In this document: one piece after another, positions 27,927 to 34,826 of the stretch
Layout of the letters: each line of letters opens with the position of its first letter
How positions within the stretch are numbered: the first letter of the stretch is position 1
DNA from: a virus
Lineage: Duplodnaviria; Caudoviricetes
Length of the DNA stretch: 42,479 bases
Reading direction: 5' to 3' (one strand)
Virus record (IMG/VR): IMGVR_UViG_3300048576_000489
Location: 1-42,479 of that record
The notes under the pieces: model-generated
The model's input: the letters and a program-made list of their open reading frames with translations, nothing else
Database searches by the model: none
What the model was told of the DNA's origin: nothing
Program-made: the position numbers and the translations under genes

Positions 27927-27957
27927 AAAACGGCCCGCCGGTTTCCCGGCGGGCCGC
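27927..27957 (-). terminator. Intrinsic terminator, copy 1 of a 30-bp direct repeat
   Basis: 11-bp stem with a GAAA loop and TTTT on the minus strand, between convergent genes. Confidence 0.8.
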
Positions 27958-27979
27958 GTCAGCCTTTGTCCTTAAACGG

Positions 27980-28210
27980 TCATCCCTTCGGGGGGCAAGG
28001 GTCCGACCCGTAGGTTCGTTCCTCGCGGAACTGACCGTTCGTCCCTTGGATACGAACCGACGTGTTGCCGTGGCTGATTCCACGGTCCCGGGCGGTGTCG
28101 ATGGCGTCCGCCTGGGTGCTGTGGATGCTCGAGACCCGCGACGCGCCTTCGCGCCGGACCGCCCACCCCTGGGGATGGTTCACGACGTACAGATTGTCTT
28201 TTTTCGACAT
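27980..28210 (-). CDS. DUF2188 family protein
   Basis: YVVNHPQGWAVRREGASRVSSIHSTQADAI...GQFREERTYGSDPCPPKG. Confidence 0.9.
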   Translation of the reverse strand: MSKKDNLYVVNHPQGWAVRREGASRVSSIHSTQADAIDTARDRGISHGNTSVRIQGTNGQFREERTYGSDPCPPKG

Positions 28211-28231
28211 GGTTTTGCTCGCTTGTCAGTC

Positions 28232-28269
28232 AAAAGGATAAAGAAATGGGGCGATCCGCAGATCGCCCC
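28232..28269 (-). terminator. Intrinsic terminator after the small peptide gene
   Basis: Perfect 9-bp stem GGGGCGATC/GATCGCCCC followed by ATTTCTTTATCCTTTT. Confidence 0.7.
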
Positions 28270-28283
28270 GCCCTCGCCAAAGG

Positions 28284-28364
28284 TTATCGCCGGACCTTGA
28301 CGGTCCGCACGATACGCACGATCCGAACGGTGCGCCGAAAACGCACAACACGAATTGTCGGCAT
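28284..28364 (-). CDS. Unannotated 26-aa Arg/Val-rich peptide MPTIRVVRFRRTVRIVRIVRTVKVRR
   Basis: AAGGAG RBS 8 nt before the ATG, TAA stop, terminator 14 nt downstream. Confidence 0.68.
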   Translation of the reverse strand: MPTIRVVRFRRTVRIVRIVRTVKVRR

Positions 28365-28393
28365 GTGACTCTCTCCTTTGGGGGGACAAATCC

Positions 28394-28421
28394 TTGACAG
28401 ACTAGCGGGGCAATGTATAAT
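28394..28421 (+). promoter_or_regulatory. Consensus sigma70 promoter TTGACA-N16-TATAAT, antisense to the cassette
   Basis: Perfect -35 and -10 hexamers read directly from the sequence. Confidence 0.72.
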
Positions 28422-28427
28422 GAGAGT

Positions 28428-28550
28428 TTGTGAAGGCTCTCACATTATCATCGCCGACCCGGCCAGCAAGGCCCCGTCCGGCCCCCCGTTCGTCGGGGAA
28501 ATTTGAAAGCCCCTTCAGCGTTCCAGCGCTGTGGGGGTTTTCATTTTTTT
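28428..28550 (+). ncRNA. Candidate ~120-nt small RNA
   Basis: Lies between the consensus promoter and a hairpin (28506-28540) with a T-run; no ORF. Confidence 0.42.
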
Positions 28551-29140
28551 ACCAATCCAATTATCCGTAAACGCTCACGTACAAACGCTGGGTTAACATT
28601 GAAAATACCCGCCAAAGTATAAATTGTTACCCCTTGTCCATAATAATGCTCCATGAGATGCTTCGGCATCAACATGGCTCCCCCCAATGTCCATGCCTGC
28701 CACTCCGGGTCAAGATAAGCAGGAATATCATGTCGTTTTGCACGATATAGCTGACTCCCGTCGGCAAGGATGGATTTGAAGAAGCTCAACACCGGGATAT
28801 GCAGAACGCAGTGTGCGCTCTCATGGGCAACTGTTGACCGGAACAATCTGTGGCCATTTTCAGTCTCATCATCTATAAGTTTTGAATGTACAACGCTTGT
28901 CATTGAAGAAGCATCTGTGTACCCATAGACACCACCTCCAAGGACACTTAAATCTCGATAGTCTGTAACAAGACTGTTTAGTCCGCTCATTTTTTTCAAA
29001 TCAAAATCAAAAATAGCTTCAATATTAACCGGACACTTGCCATTGAAACCATCTGGGTCGAAACGTCGAATAATTTGAGCCGCACGGGCTTCAATCTCAA
29101 CCTTTCGTAAAGGTGGAACAAGTGGTACTCTATTGGTCAT
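28541..29140 (-). CDS. ImmA/IrrE family zinc metallopeptidase
   Basis: RSTVAHESAH (HEXXH) and EWQAWTLGGAMLMP. Confidence 0.92.
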   Translation of the reverse strand: MTNRVPLVPPLRKVEIEARAAQIIRRFDPDGFNGKCPVNIEAIFDFDLKKMSGLNSLVTDYRDLSVLGGGVYGYTDASSMTSVVHSKLIDDETENGHRLFRSTVAHESAHCVLHIPVLSFFKSILADGSQLYRAKRHDIPAYLDPEWQAWTLGGAMLMPKHLMEHYYGQGVTIYTLAGIFNVNPAFVRERLRIIGLVKK

Positions 29141-29507
29141 TCACCTCCCCTCCTAACTCCTTGATAGCCTTTTGGATAGCCCGCGCCCAATCGTCCTCGC
29201 TTGCATGTTCCCCCGCACGATAAAGACCAAAAGCAAGATTCTGATGTTTTCCGAGTGCTTTTTCAAGAAACCCCGCGCCCCAAGCTGTCCTCTCGCGAGC
29301 AGCAAGATCGCGCAATTGCTGAGCATCAAGTCCTAAAACCCTCGCGAGCTTGTCCAAAATATCGGACTTTGCTGGAGGTTTGCGCCGACCGTGCTCGATC
29401 TCCGACAGCAAGCTTGGGGCAACGTCTAACATCTTTCCGAGGTCTCGAAGCGTAATCCTCCTGTCACTTCGCGCCTGGGCGATGATAGCGCCAAACCTGC
29501 CTTCCAT
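29130..29507 (-). CDS. XRE-family HTH regulator
   Basis: ITLRDLGKMLDVAPSLLSEIEHGRRKPP; overlaps the peptidase gene start. Confidence 0.92.
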   Translation of the reverse strand: MEGRFGAIIAQARSDRRITLRDLGKMLDVAPSLLSEIEHGRRKPPAKSDILDKLARVLGLDAQQLRDLAARERTAWGAGFLEKALGKHQNLAFGLYRAGEHASEDDWARAIQKAIKELGGEVNDQ

Positions 29508-29518
29508 GACAATCCCCC

Positions 29519-29594
29519 TGTTCGTGTTTTTTCATGAACAACAAGTAAAGCATAATTTCCAATCGTCAAGGACTGATTCGCATTTTATTGTGAA
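29519..29594. promoter_or_regulatory. Two palindromic operator-like boxes upstream of the XRE gene
   Basis: TTCGTG-TTTTTT-CATGAA (29521-29538) and TTCGCA-TTTTAT-TGTGAA (29577-29594), interleaved with minus-strand TTGACG and TTGACA. Confidence 0.55.
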
Positions 29595-29620
29595 CATGTC
29601 AAAGCCTCTGTCTTCAACAC

Positions 29621-29650
29621 AAACGGCCCGCCGGTTTCCCGACGGGCCGC
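29621..29650 (-). terminator. Intrinsic terminator, copy 2 of the 30-bp direct repeat
   Basis: 29/30 identical to 27928-27957. Confidence 0.78.
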
Positions 29651-29676
29651 CTACTCACAGACCGTTCAATCCGGCG

Positions 29677-30180
29677 TCAACGACCCGGCTTTTGAGCCTC
29701 GTAGGCTTCAATATTCGCCTTGGCCAACGCACAGGGGCTGGACATGGCCGCCTCCACCCGCCGGATCACGCCACCCTCGACCACGAACCGCAGGCCAACT
29801 CCCGAATTGGACGTACCGTCGGCATTCAGCACCGCCGGATAGCAGACAATGCCATGCGGCAAGTCCACAGGATTTTCCGTATCCAGCCGGGCCATCTCAT
29901 TGACGTAGAGCCAGCGCACCTTCTCGGCGATTTCCGCCCGTATGGCCGGATCATCCTGCGGCGCAGGTCCGATGGACCTGAAAACGGATACCCGGCTTCC
30001 CATTTCGGCGTAGTCCGGATGCTGGTAGCTGTAAAAATAGAGCGCCATACCCGTCTCCACGAGATCAAACGCATACGTCCCTTGCCCGTCGCGCACCACG
30101 AACGAGTCGATTTCCCGGGCCTGCGCATCGGAAAACGCCAGCCCGAACACCAGGGCCAACAACAAGGCCATCGTCCTCAT
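29677..30180 (-). CDS. Secreted/periplasmic hypothetical protein
   Basis: Signal peptide MRTMALLLALVFGLAFSDAQA; AAGGGGGG RBS. Confidence 0.7.
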   Translation of the reverse strand: MRTMALLLALVFGLAFSDAQAREIDSFVVRDGQGTYAFDLVETGMALYFYSYQHPDYAEMGSRVSVFRSIGPAPQDDPAIRAEIAEKVRWLYVNEMARLDTENPVDLPHGIVCYPAVLNADGTSNSGVGLRFVVEGGVIRRVEAAMSSPCALAKANIEAYEAQKPGR

Positions 30181-30190
30181 GGTTCCCCCC

Positions 30191-30421
30191 TTACGGATTG
30201 CACACCTTGCAGGGCCGGTATCCGGCTTTGATGGCCGCCTCCCGGCTCTCGAAGACCGCCGTGCAGGCATTGCAGTCGTAATACCGGCAGCCCGGCCCAT
30301 GAAAAATATGACTCTGCACGTTGCCGTGATACACCAGCCCCTGGGCCGCCATCGCCATCCCGCCAAGGATCACCGCCAGCAACACGGCAAAAGCCAGCCG
30401 TCGAACATGTCGCACGCACAT
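30191..30421 (-). CDS. Ada metal-binding-like small protein with signal peptide
   Basis: YHGNVQSHIFHGPGCRY...FESREAAIKAGYRPCKVCNP. Confidence 0.85.
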   Translation of the reverse strand: MCVRHVRRLAFAVLLAVILGGMAMAAQGLVYHGNVQSHIFHGPGCRYYDCNACTAVFESREAAIKAGYRPCKVCNP

Positions 30422-30438
30422 AGCCCACCTCGTACTGA

Positions 30439-30861
30439 TTACCAGGTTTTACTGCCGCCCTCATACGGGACGGCCAATCCGGCATCAAGCAACGACCGGC
30501 ACAAATCCTGCCCCTCCACCACAATGTCCGCCACCAGCCGACCGCCGTACTTGTCGCGGCCGACATCCGTCAGCGTCAGGCGCAAGCCCGGCGCGATCCG
30601 GGTCTTCACGAACTCCCGCGCCTCCCGAGCCTTGTCCGCGACCTCGGGCCGCTTGTCCCGCAGCTCCGGCGTGTCGCAGTGCCGCAGGCGGATGGACTGG
30701 TCCCGGAAAAAATCCGGCATCTCTCCCGAAAGCCGAACCTTGACGGTATCGCCGTCCACCACACGGACCACAACGGCCTCGAGATCGGGGCCGGGTTCCC
30801 GCGCCAGGACGGGTCCGACGCATAAGGCCAAGGCGATCAGGCTAAACGCAATATATCGCAT
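30439..30861 (-). CDS. Secreted thermonuclease (SNase family)
   Basis: Signal peptide; VVRVVDGDTV, IRLRHCDTPE and DKYGGRLVA motifs. Confidence 0.9.
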   Translation of the reverse strand: MRYIAFSLIALALCVGPVLAREPGPDLEAVVVRVVDGDTVKVRLSGEMPDFFRDQSIRLRHCDTPELRDKRPEVADKAREAREFVKTRIAPGLRLTLTDVGRDKYGGRLVADIVVEGQDLCRSLLDAGLAVPYEGGSKTW

Positions 30862-30882
30862 TGTAGATTCATACCAGTATTC

Positions 30883-31347
30883 TTATTTTGTGGCAAGGTC
30901 CGACACGCTTACCGGCTCCCGCCGCCCCACCAGAAACACCCGCCATGCGCCGTCCGACCCCTGGAACGGATCCGTCCGGGTAAACGTCACATCGCGCATC
31001 CGCACGCCGTCGGGCCTGACGTGGCCGTTCTCGATCCACACCCGCGACCCTTGGGGCAGATCCGAACGCGGGGAGTCCGACGGGGTTTCAGGCGCGCCAG
31101 ACTCCGGCGGCCCCTGATCCTGGGGGTTGGCGATGCGCCACAATGCGGCCAGCACGTCCGACCTGGTCAGGAAGGCGTACCGCTGGCCGTTCTGCCGCAG
31201 CCATGTGCGACCCACACGGACCCGGTACTTCCCCGCGTGGGCCTCGCCGCCCGGAAAGAGCGGGGCCGGAAACAGTTCCACAACCACCCGTCTGCCGGGG
31301 CCTGATTTTTTAACGGTGATCCGTATTTGCGGCTTTCGCTTGTCCAT
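30883..31347 (-). CDS. Hypothetical phage protein
   Basis: 154-aa ORF co-directional with its neighbours and filling the gap. Confidence 0.6.
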   Translation of the reverse strand: MDKRKPQIRITVKKSGPGRRVVVELFPAPLFPGGEAHAGKYRVRVGRTWLRQNGQRYAFLTRSDVLAALWRIANPQDQGPPESGAPETPSDSPRSDLPQGSRVWIENGHVRPDGVRMRDVTFTRTDPFQGSDGAWRVFLVGRREPVSVSDLATK

Positions 31348-31417
31348 TTTGCGCAGCTAGCGCGCAAGTCGCGCGCGAAATTTTGTGGGTTGGTTGCGCA
31401 GCTATGACGCATCCGGG

Positions 31418-31669
31418 TTAGGGCCGAGAAAGTCGAAATCCTTGTAGCTCAAAAAGACGTAGTGCTGATCGGCCCATAACCCCTTCCGCCAACCTAGCCC
31501 TGGCGTGTAGGCACCAGGCCGCCTCCATGACATACAGCCGGGCCAGGGCCTCAATGGCCGAGTGAAGGCTTTCCGCGCCGACGAGCCGCAGCAGCTTGTC
31601 GGGCTCTTCCACCGGATCGCACGTATTGACAAGCAATTCGAATCGGTTCATCAAATCTGTCATTTCCAT
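31418..31669 (-). CDS. Hypothetical protein
   Basis: 83 aa; GGAGG RBS at 31678-31682. Confidence 0.5.
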   Translation of the reverse strand: MEMTDLMNRFELLVNTCDPVEEPDKLLRLVGAESLHSAIEALARLYVMEAAWCLHARARLAEGVMGRSALRLFELQGFRLSRP

Positions 31670-31693
31670 GATAAAAACCTCCAGGAGCGATTT

Positions 31694-32422
31694 ATGTTCT
31701 TCATTGATATCCAGTGCCCATCATGCTTGCAGCATCGGGGCATCGTCGCTGCCTGTCTTGGCGAATTCGAAATCGTCCAAAAAGCTCCCCGGACTCGCCT
31801 ACACGTTGACAAAGACATCATCAAGGGAGGCGATATCTTATGTTCTTATGCGGCTGGGAAATGCACGCATTGCGGGAAACCTGTTCTTGTGCATCTCAAG
31901 ATGCCACGGGAGCACTTTTCCAAGGCTATGAACTGCATTGGCAAAGGTGATCTGGAACGTTATACGGGACCACAACCGGAAATCTTGGCTATTTTCCCAG
32001 AACCAAAAGCCGCCTACAGCCATCCCACTCTTCCCGAGGAAATCCGAAAACTCTTTGTGGATGTGCAAGAAACCATCGACCAGGGACGTGATCCGTCTTG
32101 GGTCGCGTCTGGGTGCCGGAAGGTCCTGGAAAACGCCGTGGCCAATCTTGGTGGCACGGGTGGCACGCTTTTCCAGAAGATCGAGGACTTGAAGGCAAGA
32201 AGTATCATTACTGGACTCCTCCTCGACTGGGCGCATCAAATTCGGATGGATGGCAACAATGCCACGCATGAAAACACATACACCCCCGCAGAAACAAAAG
32301 AACTGATCGAATTCGCGAAGATTTTCCTGCAATACACATTTGAGCTTCCCGCTCGTATCTTGGAAAAAAGGAAGTTGATGCCACCATCTCAACCTACACC
32401 AACCGGCATTGATCGTGTTTGA
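31694..32422 (+). CDS. Zn-ribbon + DUF4145 (HEPN-related) protein
   Basis: CPSC/CTHC pairs, CRKVLE, LFQKIEDL and IRMDGNNATH; AGGAG RBS; AT-richer than the flanking phage genes. Confidence 0.85.
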   Translation: MFFIDIQCPSCLQHRGIVAACLGEFEIVQKAPRTRLHVDKDIIKGGDILCSYAAGKCTHCGKPVLVHLKMPREHFSKAMNCIGKGDLERYTGPQPEILAIFPEPKAAYSHPTLPEEIRKLFVDVQETIDQGRDPSWVASGCRKVLENAVANLGGTGGTLFQKIEDLKARSIITGLLLDWAHQIRMDGNNATHENTYTPAETKELIEFAKIFLQYTFELPARILEKRKLMPPSQPTPTGIDRV

Positions 32423-32702
32423 CCGGCGCGGTCGCCAGTGCGTCGTACACAAACCTTTCCGTCATCCCCGTGGCCAGGACCAAGAGCTTGGCGTTGGTGC
32501 CGTCGTAGTGGTCGCGGATGTATCGGATGGCAGCCGCCTTGAGGGCGTATTTGGGCACCGAAATCTGCGTGCCGCCCATGCGCTGGACGAGCTGCACCGC
32601 CACGTCCACGCCGCACTGCTCGGCGACCAAGCCGATGTCCCCGCCCAGGTCCTCGGGGGTGACCGTGGCCACGAAGGCCTCCCTGCTGATGGCCTTGTCC
32701 AT
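32394..32702 (-). CDS. Mor/C family transcription activator
   Basis: LVQRMGGTQISVPK...IRDHYDGTNAKLL...TERFVY; follows gemA. Confidence 0.85.
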   Translation of the reverse strand: MDKAISREAFVATVTPEDLGGDIGLVAEQCGVDVAVQLVQRMGGTQISVPKYALKAAAIRYIRDHYDGTNAKLLVLATGMTERFVYDALATAPVKHDQCRLV

Positions 32703-32705
32703 GGA

Positions 32706-33152
32706 CTACTCCTTGACCGCCCCCATGGCTTCGAGGGCGGCAACCAATGTTGCAATATCCTGATGCCCGCACCAGGTCAGGCGCGGCTTGCCGGTCAGCC
32801 GCTTGGCCAGGGCGTCCAAGGCATTGGCCCGGTCCAGGTCCGTGGTCTGGCGGCTGACCTGCTTCCACAGCGCACGCACCAGCCGCACCTGGGCCTCGGA
32901 GGCCGCCCCGGGGCGACGCGTCTTCTGCGGCATGCTCCGGATCTCCCAGACGCCTGCCTGGGCGGCCTGGGCCTCCAGGTGGAGAAGGCACCGGGACATG
33001 GCCTTGGCGCTCAAATCCTTGGATGACGCCGCGCCGAATTGTTCCAGCATGGCGCGGTAGGTGTCGTCGTCCAGCCCGCACGCTCGCTTGAGGGCGTGGA
33101 GCTTCTTGATCTGGCCGGGGGTGACGGGAACGGTGTTATTTCGTGGCATCAT
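32706..33152 (-). CDS. gemA: GemA/gp16 family protein (DUF1018)
   Basis: QIKKLHALKRACGLDDDTYRAML...SSKDLS. Confidence 0.88.
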   Translation of the reverse strand: MMPRNNTVPVTPGQIKKLHALKRACGLDDDTYRAMLEQFGAASSKDLSAKAMSRCLLHLEAQAAQAGVWEIRSMPQKTRRPGAASEAQVRLVRALWKQVSRQTTDLDRANALDALAKRLTGKPRLTWCGHQDIATLVAALEAMGAVKE

Positions 33153-33403
33153 GCGGTCCTTTTCGTCTGGCCCCGCGTGAGAAACTCATCACCCTTGGCC
33201 AACCCCACCGAGACGGGAATCCGGCACACCCCATTGCATCCCGGGCAGATCAGACCGTTCGGGCCGATACATGCCCTGTGCAGGCCCGCGCGGCCGCAAA
33301 CCTTCACACCATCTTCGACTTTCAGGACAGGCAACGCGCCCTCGGTTCCAAGATGCACCAGCCAGTCCGGAGAATTAGCGGGCATGGGCTCCCCCCTTGG
33401 CAA
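33149..33403 (-). CDS. Small Cys-containing hypothetical protein
   Basis: Contains CPGC; ATGA overlap with gemA; the start may be the second Met. Confidence 0.55.
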   Translation of the reverse strand: MPRGEPMPANSPDWLVHLGTEGALPVLKVEDGVKVCGRAGLHRACIGPNGLICPGCNGVCRIPVSVGLAKGDEFLTRGQTKRTA

Positions 33404-33794
33404 GATGGTTCAGCAGTTCGCGATAGTCCGTGAACCAGCGTGACACCATGCGGCGCATGAGCCCGGCAGACTCGCCCTTGGCCCACAGCCCCAGGATCGG
33501 CACGCCGCAGGCATACGCCGCGCCGACCTCGGCCCAGGCGTCGGCGCCGGACGGCCCCAGGTAGATGACCACATCGGAGCGGCAGGCCCCGTCCAGGTCG
33601 TAGCGAAAGCGCCGCTCGCCCTCCGGCGACATGATCCACTCTTCTCTGTCGAGCGCCGCGACGACATTGTTTCCCTCGGTTCGCCGGGCCTCGGCGATAA
33701 AGGACACGACGTCGTGGCCGTCGCACGTAAGCCGCTCGGCCAGCATCTCGACGGCGTGCTGGTTCCGCCAGGATGATGCGATGTAGATGCGCAT
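33375..33794 (-). CDS. Nucleoside 2-deoxyribosyltransferase-like protein
   Basis: MRIYIASSW...DLDGACRSDVVI...AWAEVGAAYACGVPI; AGGAG RBS. Confidence 0.72.
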   Translation of the reverse strand: MRIYIASSWRNQHAVEMLAERLTCDGHDVVSFIAEARRTEGNNVVAALDREEWIMSPEGERRFRYDLDGACRSDVVIYLGPSGADAWAEVGAAYACGVPILGLWAKGESAGLMRRMVSRWFTDYRELLNHLAKGGAHAR

Positions 33795-33810
33795 GGTGCT
33801 CCTAATCTCT

Positions 33811-33870
33811 CGGCTGCTCATCAGGCCGGGACCGCCACGTCCCGGCGACCGCCCCGCAGGGCGGTTTCGC
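33811..33870 (-). ncRNA. Type II hammerhead ribozyme
   Basis: GC-GAAA-CCGCCC(UGCG)GGGCGG-UC^GCCGGGAC(GUGGCG)GUCCCGGC-CUGAUGA-GC-AGCC; all core nucleotides and stems I-III are present. Confidence 0.9.
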
Positions 33871-33871
33871 G

Positions 33872-34006
33872 TTAGGCCAATCCCTCAATGCGTTTCACCG
33901 CGTCCAGGGATTTCTGGGCGGATTCCTCGTCCCCGGAATGCTCGACGAATTCGTCCCAGTGGTTTTCGATCAGCATGGCCACCGCCGCAAAATCGATGTC
34001 TTCCAC
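33872..34006 (-). CDS. 44-aa acidic protein (not in the ORF track)
   Basis: AAGGGGGA RBS, GTG start, MEDIDFAAVAMLIENHWDEFVEHSGDEESAQKSLDAVKRIEGLA. Confidence 0.62.
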   Translation of the reverse strand: MEDIDFAAVAMLIENHWDEFVEHSGDEESAQKSLDAVKRIEGLA

Positions 34007-34032
34007 GTCAATCCCCCTTGCCTTGGTGCGAT

Positions 34033-34641
34033 TTACAGCGACGCCAAATCCAGCGAGATCGGCTCGTACTTGCCGTCCGCGCGCCGGGAATACAGCCGGA
34101 TGTAGGTCTTGCTCCCGGCCACTTGCAGGCTGTCGGACACGGCCTGCATGGCCCGCCGCCAGCGGTCGTCGTCGATGGCCAGCCGCCGCAGGGACAGCAC
34201 CCGGCCGGTATTGATGCGGCCCTCCTTGTCCACCTGGAAAGCATCGTTGATCAGGGCCTTGAGTTCATCGCGGCTGCCTTCGGTCCATTCGGTGATGCAT
34301 TCGTCGATGAGTTCCTTGGCCGCCTGGAGCCGCTCGTCAAACACCAGATACTCGGCCACAGACCGCTGCACCTTGTACTGGCCGTCATAGGTGGTGAGCG
34401 TCACATTGCCCTTGTCGCCCCCCACCTTGGCGCCGTACTGCTCGGCCGAAAGCTGGCAAAACGCCGCGACATCGCCCATGGCGTCGTCACGAAACTTCGC
34501 CATGGCCTTGCGCAACGCCAGTGCCTTGCCCGCGATCTCGCGCACCAGCGCATCCCGCGCCTTGTCCACGTCCTTGACCATGTCCACGGGCACCAGCCGC
34601 CCCTGGGCGTCCTGCATGTATCCTTCGGGCGCCGCGTTCAT
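34033..34641 (-). CDS. DUF3164 family protein
   Basis: GYMQDAQGRLVP...KGNVTLTTYDG...FDERLQAAKELIDEC...AFQVDKEG. Confidence 0.92.
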   Translation of the reverse strand: MNAAPEGYMQDAQGRLVPVDMVKDVDKARDALVREIAGKALALRKAMAKFRDDAMGDVAAFCQLSAEQYGAKVGGDKGNVTLTTYDGQYKVQRSVAEYLVFDERLQAAKELIDECITEWTEGSRDELKALINDAFQVDKEGRINTGRVLSLRRLAIDDDRWRRAMQAVSDSLQVAGSKTYIRLYSRRADGKYEPISLDLASL

Positions 34642-34823
34642 GCAGCCTCCTCCGCGCCACCGGGGACGTGGAACAGTGGCTGCGACTCGAACTCCACGGC
34701 CAGATCGGCCGCGTCGGCCAGCTCGCTCTGGCACACGGCAAGAAAACTCCTGACCTCCTCGGGCACCTTGTCGGCGACCACGCCCAGGCTGTTGGCGACG
34801 TTCTGAATCTTCTTGGACAGCAT
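34638..34823 (-). CDS. Small hypothetical early protein
   Basis: AAGGAGG RBS; ATGA overlap with the DUF3164 gene. Confidence 0.65.
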   Translation of the reverse strand: MLSKKIQNVANSLGVVADKVPEEVRSFLAVCQSELADAADLAVEFESQPLFHVPGGAEEAA

Positions 34824-34826
34824 GTG

